Shown here: piece by piece, positions 1 to 12,101 of the stretch
Layout: the number at the start of each line of letters is the position of its first letter
How positions within the stretch are numbered: the first letter of the stretch is position 1
NCBI RefSeq assembly: GCF_018977255.1
Contig: NW_024705466.1
Coordinates: forward strand, 1 to 42,258
DNA: 42,258 nt
Origin: Callorhinchus milii
Taxonomy: Eukaryota
Direction of reading: 5' to 3'
Translations under genes and position numbers: made by a program
Notes under the pieces: model-generated
What the model was told of the DNA's origin: nothing
What the model saw: only the letters and a program-made list of their open reading frames with translations
Databases searched by the model: none

Positions 1-267
1 CACGTTGTAGAGAGGGAGGGAAGGGGGGAGTGAGGGGCGGGGCTGAAAATCTGGAGCCTGAGATGGAAGCGAGGGAAACCTCAATCTGTGAAGTGGCGAA
101 GAACACAAGTGAAGAGGGTCGCACTTCAGACCTCGACGACGCGCCCAGCGAGGGGGCCGAGGGCTCCCAGGAAACGCGAGCAGCCAAGAGCACGGAGGAG
201 CCCACACAGGACCCCGGCAAGGCAGCAGCGGGGACCAGGAAGAAGAATGAAGCAGCGGCACAGGAGG

Positions 268-665
268 ATAAAGGCAAGCCGTTTGCAGGCGACATCTGCG
301 ACCTTTGCGGGAAGCGGTACAAGAACCGCCCTGGCCGGGCTGTCATTACACGCACAGCCGCTTAGTGGATGAGGAGGGCGAGGACAAGGACTCGTGGCCC
401 GCCACACCTGTCACGCGCCGCTCGGAGGACCTCAAAGCCAAAAAAGGTCCTGATGGGCTGGCAAACCCTAGCAACTACTGCGATTTGGAGAACAAGGAGA
501 CGGGACAACCGGAAGAATTGGTTTCCTGTTCCGATTGTGGAGTTTCTGCACACCCGTCCTGTTTGGAGTACACTTCAAACATGAGCACCGCCATCAAGAC
601 TTACCGTTGGCAGTGCATTGATTGCAAGCGCTGCAACATTTGCGGCGCCTATGAGAATGACGAAC
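268..665 (+). pseudogene. Intronless, frameshifted DPF1/2/3 (requiem/BAF45) fragment: C2H2 finger plus PHD1 and start of PHD2; probable processed pseudogene
   Basis: [19 protein letters not shown] (frame of ORF 30..365) shifts at ~340 into [15 protein letters not shown]...[41 protein letters not shown]...[24 protein letters not shown], matching DPF2 from memory. The FCLGDS segment is missing, there are no introns, and similarity stops after ENDE. Confidence 0.85.
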
Positions 666-1164
666 ATTGTAACCATAAATGCCTTAATAGTGGAATATTT
701 TGTATCACAGTGGCCAATAGAATCTGAGTAGACCTAATGTACAACAACCAGATCCTATGTAATTTGTGTGTATATGCGCCGAATTTTGAGAATGTTTGTT
801 GATTTTAATTTTATGCTGCGTACCTGCTTGTGGAAAGGAGAGAGCAGTACTTTCCGCAGGTTTTTTTGTAAGAGGTTTTTTTGTTTGCCTGTTTGGCCAT
901 CCTTAGCAGTCTGGTGTATCTTACTGGGCGTTGGGTTGGCTCCCCATGCGGGTGTGCTCACTGCCATTGCTTACCGAGGTACTACATGTTTTGGGTACCA
1001 ACCATCCCCGTGTGCTGGTTGTTTACTCAGTGCTGTGTTTGGTCACCTGATATGCCAAGGTCTGCAGTAAGTAGTTACTGTGTACTGCAGCTGATGTTTT
1101 TTTTACTGTAATGTTCAAGCTTGCTTACGGATTTAGAAGAAACATAATAAAAGAATGGAAAAAA

Positions 1165-1625
1165 GGGGAGGGAGGAGGGGAGGGGAGGGAGGGAGGGGAG
1201 GGAGGGGGATCTGGTGATGGGTATTTTGAGGATGATTTGTTTTCTTATTGGTGTCTATGAACACCGTAACACACAATGGGACTAATGTTACACGGGAAAC
1301 TCGCGTTAAATTTTTGATTAAAAGAAAAATACAAACAAACGACATGATGAACGAAGTAAAGTGCCGAAAGACTGAGCATCTTTCTCGTCTGATCGTTTAA
1401 AAAAAAGGAGGGAGGGGAGAGAGAGGTGGGAGGGAGGGGACGAGGGATAGAGGGAGAGAGGGGTGGGAGGGAGGGAGGGGGGTGGGAGGGTGGAAGGGAG
1501 GAGTGGTAGGAGGGGAGGAGGGAGGGAGGTGAGAGAGGGGTGGAGGGAGGGGGAGGAGCAAGAGGGAGGGGGAGTAGGAGAGGGAGGGGCGGCAGGAGGG
1601 GGAAGGATGGGAGGGAGATTTGGGG
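1165..1625. repeat. Purine-rich (GGA/GAGG) low-complexity tracts
   Basis: G/A-only runs at 1165-1209 and 1406-1625. Confidence 0.9.
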
Positions 1626-1689
1626 GTCTTACAATGGAACATCTGTGACGTGTTGTTTGTCTACTAAAAGCCATCCAGGCAGCGAATTT

Positions 1690-1902
1690 CAGTCACGTAG
1701 GGAAAAATAAATAATAATTAATAAATTATAAAATGATAGAAATAATATTAATAAAATGATAATTATTAGACTATTTTATATAATTTAATTAATTTTATTA
1801 TTTCCATCATTTTATTATTTAATATTTATTTTTCCCTACTTGACTTTACCGAAAACACCTAAGAGTGTGAATCGTTGCAGTCACGAATGCTTCAAATCTA
1901 GA
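1690..1902 (+). mobile_element. Penelope-like element 3'-end remnant with inverted duplication
   Basis: AGTCACGTAGGGAAAAATAAATA...TATTTATTTTTCCCTACTTGACT inverted pair, followed by the family tail TTTACCGAAAACACCTAAGAGTGTGAATCGTTGCAGTCACGAATGCTTCAAATCTAGA. The family recurs at ~2209-2400, 4160-4345, 6100-6232, 17274-17388 and 39460-39522. Confidence 0.7.
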
Positions 1903-2049
1903 AGCATTGAGGTGTTTTAGAAACACAGATGAAGGTCTTCATTCCGGTGAGCTATCAAGATCTTTTACACAAACGCCGAGGAAGGTCACGGGGTCAGGAC
2001 ATGAGAACATTCAATACAAAAGCACGATACGCTCAAAGTAAAAACGAAC

Positions 2050-2191
2050 ATTAATTGTCACGCACAACGAGTCTGTGTGCAAAATGTCAGCTCGATTGGA
2101 TCACGGGAAGTGGGTTAAAAAACGACCGAAAGATTTGCACGGTCGTAAGCGCGCAAGCAGGCAAGTGAACTTAATATAAAGGATTTAAAAA
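2050..2191 (+). repeat. Dispersed repeat (inverted copy at ~25186-25333)
   Basis: AATTGTCACGCACAACGAGTCTGTGTG...GATCACGGGAAGTGGGTTAAAAAACGACCGAAAGATTTGCACGGTCGTAAGC has a near-identical reverse-complement copy at 25186-25333. Class not determined. Confidence 0.75.
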
Positions 2192-3066
2192 TACGTCAAT
2201 TTTCTTTGAGATTTGAAGCTTTCGTAACTGCAAGGATTCATACTCTTAGGTTTTTTCGGTAAAGTCACGTAGGAAAAAATAAGAAAAATATTATAATAAA
2301 TGAAAAATAACTAAATTACATCACAATTGAGTTATTTTTCGTTTATTATAATTTTATAACTTTTCTTACCTACGTAGTTTTACCAAAAAAACCTAAGATT
2401 ATATCAATTATCTGTATACCGATTAAATCTAGTTTAGTTTTATCTGTATATGGATAACACGTAGTTTAGCTGTATCTGTATATCGATAAACAATGATCGT
2501 GTTTTCATGTTATCTGTATATAGATGACGAATTAGTTAAGTTGAATATGTATTTATAAAACATGAAATATGGTTTTACCTTTCCTCTACTTTGCGTGGCG
2601 GTGACACTGATTCTGCCGAGTTGTTGAACTCAGCAGCAGCAGAAGGAGCAGTGCAGATGGAGGGTGGCATGTGATGTCGATCTGAATGTCACTTCTATTT
2701 ACGATGGAGATGTGTTACGACGACCCTATCATCGTAAGTCGAAAATATCGTAAGTCGAAGATGGCCTCTAGCCTAGCCAGGAGTCTTACAGGGTGGTGGT
2801 AATCTAGCAAAACAGAGCAAGTTACAGTAGCGTACTGTATAGACTATATCCTGTGTGTGTTTATTAATTACAAGACTGTATTGCACAGTAACATTTAAAG
2901 TAAAAAAAACCAAGGTAAATTCTTAACCTACCTATATGAACTGCAAATTAATATGAAGTTTGTTCAGGAAACAATCCTATCTGCTAGAAAAATAAACTTT
3001 TAGCATGCATTGAACGTATCGTATCGTGGTAACATTGAAATGAAATCGCTAAAGCTACGTATCATA

Positions 3067-3725
3067 ATGTAGTGTATAATGTAGTGTATAGCGTAGTGTA
3101 TAGTAATAGGGTAGTGTGTAGTGTATAGTGTAGTGTATAGCGTAGTGTATAGTAATAGTGTAGTGTATAGTTTAGTGTGTAGTGTATAGTGTAGTGTATA
3201 GCGTAGTGTATAGTAATAGTGTAGTGTATAGTTTAGTGTGTAGTGTATAGTGTAGTGCAGGGGTCGGGAACCTTTTTGACTGGGAGAGCCATAAAAGCCC
3301 AATTTTTCTTAATATATTTCATTGAGAGCCATATAGTATTTTAAACGTATAATAAATTAAATATGTCTTACTTTTAATGCGACTTCTGGTCACGGGACCC
3401 GTGACCCGAGAAATTTTATCTTCAAAACTAATTTCTGTTTACTTTAAAATGACACAGTATTATTAAGCAATATCACAAGTATTTTAAAATCAGTTCCAAA
3501 CTCATTTTATTTTTATTTTATTATTATTTTTTTCAACTCAAATTTGTCTGGGAGCCATATGCCGTCACCGGAAGAGCCATATATGGCTCGCGAGCCATAG
3601 GTTGCCGACCGCTGGTGTAGTGTATAGTAGTGTATAGTAATAGTGTAGTGTATAGTAATAGTGTATAGTAATAGTGTAGTGTATAGTGTAGTGTAGTTAG
3701 TGTAGTGTAGTGTATGTTAGTGTGT
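3067..3725. repeat. (TAGTG/TATAG)n microsatellite interrupted by a hAT MITE
   Basis: Direct inspection. Confidence 0.9.
3258..3614. mobile_element. Non-autonomous hAT (Charlie-type) MITE
   Basis: Imperfect TIRs CAGGGGTCGGGAACCT / AGGTTGCCGACCGCTG; 8-bp TSD GTGTAGTG (3250-3257, 3615-3622) of NNNTANNN type. Confidence 0.85.
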
Positions 3726-5486
3726 AGCAGTAAATAAAATCGCTAAAGCTACGTATCATAAATGCATTCACCGTGGCCAATTACAGCCAACGTTAGTTGA
3801 GCGTGGACAATTAGACCCAAGCCGAAACATAACATTTACAAAAGAATGTTTCCAAATATGTTATTTTTTTTATAATAGAATATAGTGTTGTCATCAGTAA
3901 GACGTAAGTATACCAAGTTTGCAGTCGATGCCACATTGGGAAGTGGGTTAAAATTGAGTGACAAGATTTGAGGATACAACGACAACAACAACAACGTGTA
4001 AAATTGGAATCATGGAGAGTATTCTATATGAACAAATCGCTCTACCTACAGCATGTACCGCTATAAACCTTGTTCATGTGTAGTAGTACCCCAGTAATTA
4101 CCATGAAAATCGGATAATTTTTATAGGGTAAGGGTAAAAGTAGGCTCATTGTTTTTCTTACTCTTAAGTTTTTTTCGGTAAAGGCACGTTGGTTAAATAA
4201 TACAAAATAAAATAATAATTCGTGAAAATAAGTCGATGTATTTTTATTTTATTATAAATTTTTGTATTTTTTTAGGACGTGACTTTACCGAAACAACCCG
4301 CTAAGAGTATGAATCCTTGCAGTCACGAAAACTTCAAATCTAGAATCGCTGCTTTTCCCTTTAACATTCACCTTGCCGGGCCTACACGCACACACTTTAC
4401 CCCCACTCGCTCGCTCACTCACCCACACAGCAGGAGAGGTGGAGGAGGTGGTGATGATGAGAGGCTTGCCTGGTGAGGTGTCAGTCCCAGCACCACAGCA
4501 ATGGTGCTCCAGGACGCGCTCGAGAGAGACAGAGAGAACGAGAGACGACGAGGAGGTGGTGGTGGTGGAGGAGGTGGTGGAGGAGGAGGAGGTAGTGGTG
4601 GTGGAGGTGGTGGTGGAGGAGGTAGTGGTGGAGGTGGTGGAGGTCTCCCAGGGCGCGGCACTCTTGGCACAGCGCGGGGCTCCAACTATTCATTTGCAAC
4701 CACGAGGCCGCGGGACTGCGGTGAGAGCCCCAGCAGTAGCAGCAGCAGCGGCCAGCAGCCAGCAGCAGACAAGGCGGCTTGGCAGCTCGGTGCGAGTGGT
4801 GTGCGCCTCTGCAAGCGCGCTTCAACAATCGGCGTGCCCCGTTGCTTTGGCCCCTGGGTTTGTGTGTGAGGAGGGCTGCTGCTGCTTGCTTGTGTCTTGG
4901 TACTGGCCACACACACGCACACACACATACGGACAGAGACGGAGGGACACACGCGCACGCGCGCAGCCTGCAGCATTCGCCGACAACTCAGCCACCACCA
5001 ACAGCGATATCATTATCAGCAGCGGCAGCACCACCACCATTAACAGCGACAGCGGTGGTAATAGCAGCAGCAGCACCACTATCAGCAATACACAATCACC
5101 ATCAGCATCAGCAATATACAATTACCATCATCACCATCAGCAATACACAATCACCATCATCACCATCAGCGATACACAATTACCATCATCACCATCAGCA
5201 ATACACAATCACCATCAGTATCACCATGACCAACACAAAATTACCACAAACATCACCACAAGCATCATCATTAGCAGCAACACAATCGCCATTGTCACCA
5301 CCAACACCACCACCAGCACCAGCACCATCCGCAACACGATCGCCATCTGTACCATCATCATCGGCTGTAGCAGCGCCATCGCCACCACCGCCACCACCAT
5401 CGTCAGCAGCTTTAGCGTCACCACCATCCAGCAGCAGCAGCAGCACACAGCCGGGCACCCAGCTGACATCTTGCGGCGGCAGCAGC

Positions 5487-5879
5487 ATGGGGCGAGATTG
5501 TCGCCACCTGGACCATCTCCTCGCCCATCGGCGGAGCGCGCCGCTCTCCTCATCACCGCCGCCGCCGCCGCCGCCGCTGTCCGTCAGCATCCTCCTGCTG
5601 CTGCTGCTGCTCCTGCTGCTGCTGCTGCCTCAGCCGGCAGAGTCCTGCGGACCTGGTAGCTTGAACGGGGGCCGGCGGCGCCCGGCGCGCAAGCTGACGC
5701 CGCTCGCCTTCAAGCAGTTCGTGCCCAACGTGGCCGAGAGGGCGCTGGGCGCGAGCGGCCGCTACGAGGGGAAGATCGCACGCGGCTCCGAGAGGTTCCG
5801 GGAGCTGACGCCCAACTACAACCCCGACGTCGTGTTCAAGGACGAGGAGGGCACCGGGGCCGACCGCCTCATGACGCAG
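5487..5879 (+). CDS. hh: Hedgehog precursor exon 1 (signal peptide and start of HhN)
   Basis: ATG 5487; poly-Leu signal peptide, then AES|CGPG, basic [59 protein letters not shown]; donor GTGAGG at 5880. Paralog not assignable by eye. Confidence 0.95.
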
Positions 5880-7546
5880 GTGAGGAGGGTGCCTTGATTG
5901 GGGCGGGGGGGGATTAGGTGAGGGTGAGGATGGATGATGGTTATGATGATGGGGATGAGGATGTGGAGGAAGATGATGATGGCGAGGAAGATGATGGCGA
6001 GGATGATGATAGTACTGCTGATGGTGGCGCTGGTAATGATACTCCTAAATGAATATAACATGATCATTAGTGATGATATATTAATAATGATATGATCAAT
6101 CTAGATTTGAAGTTTTTGTGACTGCAAGGATCCATACTCTTTGGTTCTTTCGGTAAAGTCACGTGGGTAGAAAATTCATAAAATCATTAATTTATTTTAT
6201 ACCTACGTGACTTTACCGAAAGAACCAAAAAGTGATGAAATGATCATCAGTGATGATACTCCTAATGATGAAATGATCATCAGTGATGATACTTCTAATG
6301 ATGAAATGATCATCAGTGATGATACTCCTAATGATGATATTATCATCATTTTTTATGATCAGTGGAAACAAGAAGATGCTCGGTGTAGTCGGCACTTTGC
6401 TTTGTTCACCATTTCGTTTGTTTTTAATCTTTGCTTTATGTAACCCCCCGCTCTCTCTCTCTCCTCGCTCTCTCTCGTTCTGCACGCAGCCCCGTGTCTC
6501 CCTCTCTTCCGTCTCTCCGTGTTGGTCTCCATATCTCTCACTCTTCCCCCCTCCTCCTCCTCCCTGTAGTTCCCCTCTCGCCGTCTCTCCGTGTATCGCT
6601 CCCCCCTCTCTCCCTATTCTCATTCTCTCTCCATTTCTCCCTCTCATCGTGTCTATCTCTGTCGATGTCTCCTTCTCTCTCCTTCTCTACCCTTGTTCTC
6701 CCCGTGCATAACCCCCCTCCTCTTCCCCGTGTCTCTCCATCTCCCGCCCGCTCCATCTCTGCCCCTTTGTCTCGTCATTTCACCCCCCTCCACACCCCAT
6801 TGTTTACCTACTGCCATCTCCTTCTCTCTCGCAATTTACTGTCTCCCGTGTCTCCCCGTGAGTCCCCGTGTCTCCCCGTGACTCCGTCCCCGTGTCTCTC
6901 CGTGTCTCCCCGTGTCTTCCCGTGTCTCTCCGTGTCTCCTGTCCCGTGTCTCTCCGTGTCTCCCCGTGTCTCCGTGTCTCCCGTGTCTCCCCGTGTCTCC
7001 CTCCACTGTACCCTTCTTTCCTTCCCTTCTCGCTCCATCTGTCTACCTCCCACCCCACCCCCCTTTGTATTTCTCTCCCCAACTCCTTGTTTCTCTCTCG
7101 CTCTGCCTCTCTCTCTCCCTCTACTCTCTCCACCTACGCCACCCACACACCCTCCTGTGTCCACCTCTCTCTGAACTCCGGTCCCTACGCTTGGGAGCCG
7201 GACAAGCCCCTCTCTGCACCAGCGTGGACGGCACCCTCGTGGTGTTCACCTTCTGAAGCGCTCGCTCGTCACCGTGGCGTGCGCGATGACCACCACCACC
7301 ACCACCACCACGTGACTTTTCTTTCGTGTTGTGCGCGGCGCATTTAGCGCCACAGCACGTGGATTTGTAGCGTTTATTTTCATTCGTTTGCTGGTGACTT
7401 TGTGCATTTCATATCGGAGTCGCCTCCAGCGCTGTTGCTGCTGCTGGCGGCAATAAAAGTTGTTTAAAAAGTCAAAAGTCTGCCCCGTCTCTCCCCTCTC
7501 AACTCTCTCTCTTCCGTCTCTCTCCCGCTCGCTCGCTCGTGCTCAG

Positions 7547-7808
7547 CGCTGCAAGGAGCGCCTCAACTCGCTCGCCATCTCCGTGATGAACACGTGGCCC
7601 GGCGTGAAGCTGCGCGTGACCGAGGGCTGGGACGAGGACGGCCACCACTCGGAGGAGTCGCTGCACTACGAGGGGCGCGCCGTGGACATCACCACGTCGG
7701 ACCGCGACCGCGACAAGTACGGCACGCTGGCACGCCTCGCCGCCCAGGCGGGCTTCGACTGGGTCCACTACGAGTCCAAGTCGCACGTGCACTGCTCCGT
7801 CAAGGCCG
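7547..7808 (+). CDS. hh: Hedgehog exon 2
   Basis: CAG acceptor ending 7546; [84 protein letters not shown]; 262 nt; phase-1 donor GTGAGC at 7809. Confidence 0.97.
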
Positions 7809-7842
7809 GTGAGCGCGTTGCGAGCGACGAGTTATTCGTGGT

Positions 7843-8185
7843 GGGACCTCCTTTGCCAGCACCACAATATACTAATAGGGGTTTCCCCTTTTTTCTGGCA
7901 ACAAAAAATGCCACCTTTTGCAAGGAATCGTGCTTACATTAGCCACAATACTCGCAGTCGAATGCCGCCTTTTGGCGTCATCTGGTCGAACACTGTATGA
8001 GACTAGGCTCTAAAGAAGGCTGTCTCTGGTGTGGACCAATCATTTTCAAAGACAATGCATACATTATCAGAGTATTGTTTTTTGTTTTGCATTTGACTGC
8101 AAGTATAGTGGTTAATGTAAGCATGATTCCTTGCAAAAGGTGTCAGTTTTTGTTGCCAGAAAAAAAGGGGAAAACCCTATTGGTA
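7843..8185. mobile_element. Diverged short copy of the 304-bp array element, with inverted ends and 14-bp TSD
   Basis: Aligns by eye with the unit of 32781-38614. ~90-bp inverted arms (7871-7959 / 8095-8184) plus a ~28-bp unpaired tail at left; direct repeat GAGTTATTCGTGGT at 7829-7842 and 8186-8199. Confidence 0.85.
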
Positions 8186-8744
8186 GAGTTATTCGTGGTT
8201 CGTGATGTCGAACCGGTTAATCGATTGATAATAAAAAAAAGTGTGTTTAGAAGAACAAGAAGAAAACAACTACATTTGGCGTTTTGTCAATGACAATATT
8301 TCTGTGGCGTATGTGGGCGTTGCAATTAAACGAGTGCGCGTGCGTGTGGCGAACTTCTTTCGCACCGTACGTAGCCAACCGCACTAATCGGAGGTGTGGG
8401 GGCAGGACAACAAACGTGGTGGCCCCACGGCCATCGCTCCACGGTAAGTGATGTGTGTGTGTGTACTGTATGTCGTAGGCGACGTTTCGGGCAATGGTCC
8501 TACTTCACGTGCTGCGGTAGACTATTCAGTAGTAAACAAGTAAGCCGTGTCTCCTTCACATATCCGACTCGCTTAAAAAAACATCACAGCCATAAAACAA
8601 ATACCTTGATGTTTCATGCGTAGAGACGGATATGCGATGAAGGCGACTGTGTGTGCTCATCTCATTTAATAAAAACAATTTAATTCGTGTTCTCCCACAA
8701 GCAGCTCACGATCGAGCCGCAGGGATATAGCTCCGTGGCCTTCA

Positions 8745-9266
8745 GAGGCAAAAAGTGTCCTCAGGCGCCGTGGCTACACACGAGGGGGGGGGGGGTGGGT
8801 GGCCAGCACCACGCCCGACAGGCGATGTTTACACACTCTGCACCAGGTACTCATTTGAGGCTGAGTCGACCTAGGGGGAGGCTCAGAACCGGTTCCGTTA
8901 ATCGCCAACTGGTGTTGGCCGTGAGCGGGAATCGAACTCGGCTCGCTGGGTTCGTAGCGCAGCGCAGCGCCAAACACAAAAGAAACAGATCCCCCGTATA
9001 GTCTTCAACAGGCTGTAGGGGCAAGTGCTGTTAGCGAGCACCTATGAAGGCCGGCGTGTCACACGAGGGGGTGGGTGGCCAGCACAACGCCCCGCCGCCT
9101 CTGTCTCCCGAGTGGCGATGTTTACACACCACATCAGACATACTCATTTGAGGCTGAGTCGACCTAGAGGAGGAGGACTTGGACCGGTTCAGATAATTGT
9201 CACCGGTGTTGGCCGTGAGCTGGAATCGAACTGGTCTAACTGGGCTACACGAACACGGCGGCGCTA
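8745..9266 (-). mobile_element. Two adjacent tRNA-head SINE copies
   Basis: On minus, both have a B-box GTTCGATTCC followed by GCTCACGGCCAACACC...CTAGGTCGACTCAGCCTCAAATGAGTA. Confidence 0.7.
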
Positions 9267-9890
9267 ACCACACACATACACACATACACACACACACACA
9301 TACACACACACACACACACACGTGTATGTGTGTGTGTGTGTACATGTACACACACACATACACGCGCCCTTCATGTGACCCACGCTGTATTTGTCCACTC
9401 GTGTAAAAGTGCCGCTTCTCTTGTTTCCTGTTGAGTGTTTAACCTTCGGCAGCGACTTTCCGCACCGCGTGGGGTGTCACACTCGGTGCGACTGACGATG
9501 TTGCTCCGCTGGCCGTAGCCGCTGTCGTCACCGTTGTCACTTTGGAGCGCTGTCGCGACGGCTCTCGACACTGCACGGCTCTCGCGCCTGGCCACCTGAG
9601 TTCGAGCCCCGGTCTCGGCTCGAACATTGCTGGCGAGTGACGTCGGGACCGCACAATCCCCCAACTTCTTCCCCAACCGGCGCTGTCCAGAGTGCTGAAG
9701 TTGCGAGGCTTGGGGCTGACTGTGTGCTCCATGCTACGCCATTTACCTGTGTTGAGAGCCCCCCTTTTTGTCGTCGTTGTTGTTGTTGTTGTTTTCGTAA
9801 CGCATCTGCAAACACAAAAGCATAATGTCGAGCAAGACCAGAGTGGTTATTGACGCATGTGTTGAGTTGTCGTCGTTGTCGTTGTTGGTT

Positions 9891-11960
9891 CTCTCTCTCC
9901 ATCTCATTCTCTCTCCATCTCATTCTCTCTCCATCTCATTCTCTCTCCATCTCATTCTCTCTCCATCTCATTCTCTCCCTCCATCTCATTCTCTCCTCCA
10001 TCTCATTCTCTCTCCATCTCATTCTCTCTCCATCTCATTCTCCATCTCATTCTCTCTCCATCTCATTCTCTCTCCATCTCATTCTCTCTCCATCTCATTC
10101 TCTCTCCATCTCATTCTCTCTCCATCTCATTCTCCATCTCATTCTCTCTCCATCTCATTCTCTCTCCATCTCATTCTCTCTCCATCTCATTCTCTCTCCA
10201 TCTCATTCTCTCTCCATCTCATTCTCTCTCTCCATCTCATTCTCTCTCCATCTCATTCTCTCTCCATCTCATTCTCTCTCCATCTCATTCTCCCTCCATC
10301 TCATTCTCTCTCCATCTCATTCTCTCTCCATCTCATTCTCTCTCCATCTCATTCTCTCTCCATCTCATTCTCTCTCCATCTCATTCTCTCTCCATCTCAT
10401 TCTCTCTCCATCTCATTCTCCCTCCATCTCATTCTCTCTCCATCTCATTCTCCCTCCATCTCATTCTCTCTCCATCTCATTCTCTCTCCATCTCATTCTC
10501 TCTCCATCTCATTCTCTCTCCATCTCATTCTCTCTCCATCTCATTCTCCCATCTCATTCTCTCTCCATCTCATTCTCTCTCCATCTCATTCTCTCTCCAT
10601 CTCATTCTCCCTCCATCTCATTCTCCCTCCATCTCATTCTCCATCTCATTCTCCATCTCATTCTCCATCTCATTCTCCCTCCATCTCATTCTCTCTCCAT
10701 CTCATTCTCCCTCCATCTCATTCTCTCTCCATCTCATTCTCCCTCCATCTCATTCTCCTCCATCTCATTCTCCATCTCATTCTCCATCTCATTCTCCATC
10801 TCATTCTCCCTCCATCTCATTCTCTCTCCATCTCATTCTCTCTCCATCTCATTCTCTCTCCATCTCATTCTCTCTCCATCTCATTCTCCATCTCATTCTC
10901 TCTCCATCTCATTCTCTCTCCATCTCATTCTCTCTCCATCTCATTCTCTCTCCATCTCATTCTCTCTCCATCTCATTCTCCATCTCATTCTCTCTCCATC
11001 TCATTCTCCATCTCATTCTCTCTCCATCTCATTCTCTCTCCATCTCATTCTCTCTCCATCTCATTCTCCTTCTCATTCATTCTCCATCTCATTCTCCATC
11101 TCATTCTCCATCTCATTCTCCCTCCATCTCATTCTCTCTCCATCTCATTCTCTCTCCATCTCATTCTCTCTCCATCTCATTCTCTCTCCATCTCATCTCC
11201 ATTCTCTCTCCATCTCATTCTCTCTCCATCTCATCTCATCTCTCTCCATCTCATTCTCTCTCCATCTCATTCTCTCTCCATCTCATTCTCTCTCCATCTC
11301 ATTCTCTCTCCATCTCATTCTCTCTCCATCTCATTCTCCCTCCATCTCATTCTCTCTCCATCTCATTCCTCCCTCCATCTCATCTCTCTCCATCTCATTC
11401 TCTCTCCATCTCATTCTCTCTCCATCTCATTCTCCCTCCATCTCATTCTCCCTCCATCTCATTCTCCATCTCATTCTCCATCTCATTCTCCATCTCATTC
11501 TCCCTCCATCTCATTCTCTCTCCATCTCATTCTCTCTCCATCTCATTCTCTCTCCATCTCATTCTCTCTCCATCTCATTCTCCATCTCATTCTCTCTCCA
11601 TCTCATTCTCTCTCCATCTCATTCTCTCTCCATCTCATTCTCTCTCCATCTCATTCTCTCTCTCTCCATCTCAATCTCTCTCTCTCCATCTCAGTCTCTC
11701 TCTCCATCTCAGTCTCTCTCCATCTCATTCTCTCTCTCCATCTCATTCTCCATCTCTTCTCATCTCATTCTCCCATCTCATTCTCTCTCCATCTCATTCT
11801 CTCTCCATCTCATTCTCTCTCCATCTCATTCTCTCTCCATCTCATTCTCTCTCCATCTCATTCTCCTTCTCATTCATTCTCCATCTCATTCTCTCTCCAT
11901 CTCAGTCTCTCTCCATCTCCGTCTCTGCCGGTCTCTCTCCATCCCTCTATCTCTCCATCT
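9891..11960. repeat. 16-bp pyrimidine-rich minisatellite (CCATCTCATTCTCTCT)n in hh intron 2
   Basis: Direct inspection; 12-18-bp variants. This repeat produces the spurious 736/847-aa ORFs. Confidence 0.95.
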
Positions 11961-12101
11961 CTATGTCTCAATCTATATTTCTCTCTCTCCATCTGTCCAT
12001 ATCCCCTCTCTTCATCTCGATGTCTCATTCTCTAACCGGTCTCTCTCCATCCCCCCACCCTCCACACCCCCCGCATCTCTACCTCCATCCCACCCGTGCA
12101 G

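Noticed and set aside
7300..7480. Possible conserved hh intronic enhancer (unique sequence within repeat-rich intron 1; also ~9720-9870)
   Set aside because: Conservation cannot be shown without alignments, and I recognised no known Shh enhancer motif.
9825..12035. 736/847-aa ORFs
   Set aside because: Translation of a stop-free 16-bp minisatellite inside hh intron 2.
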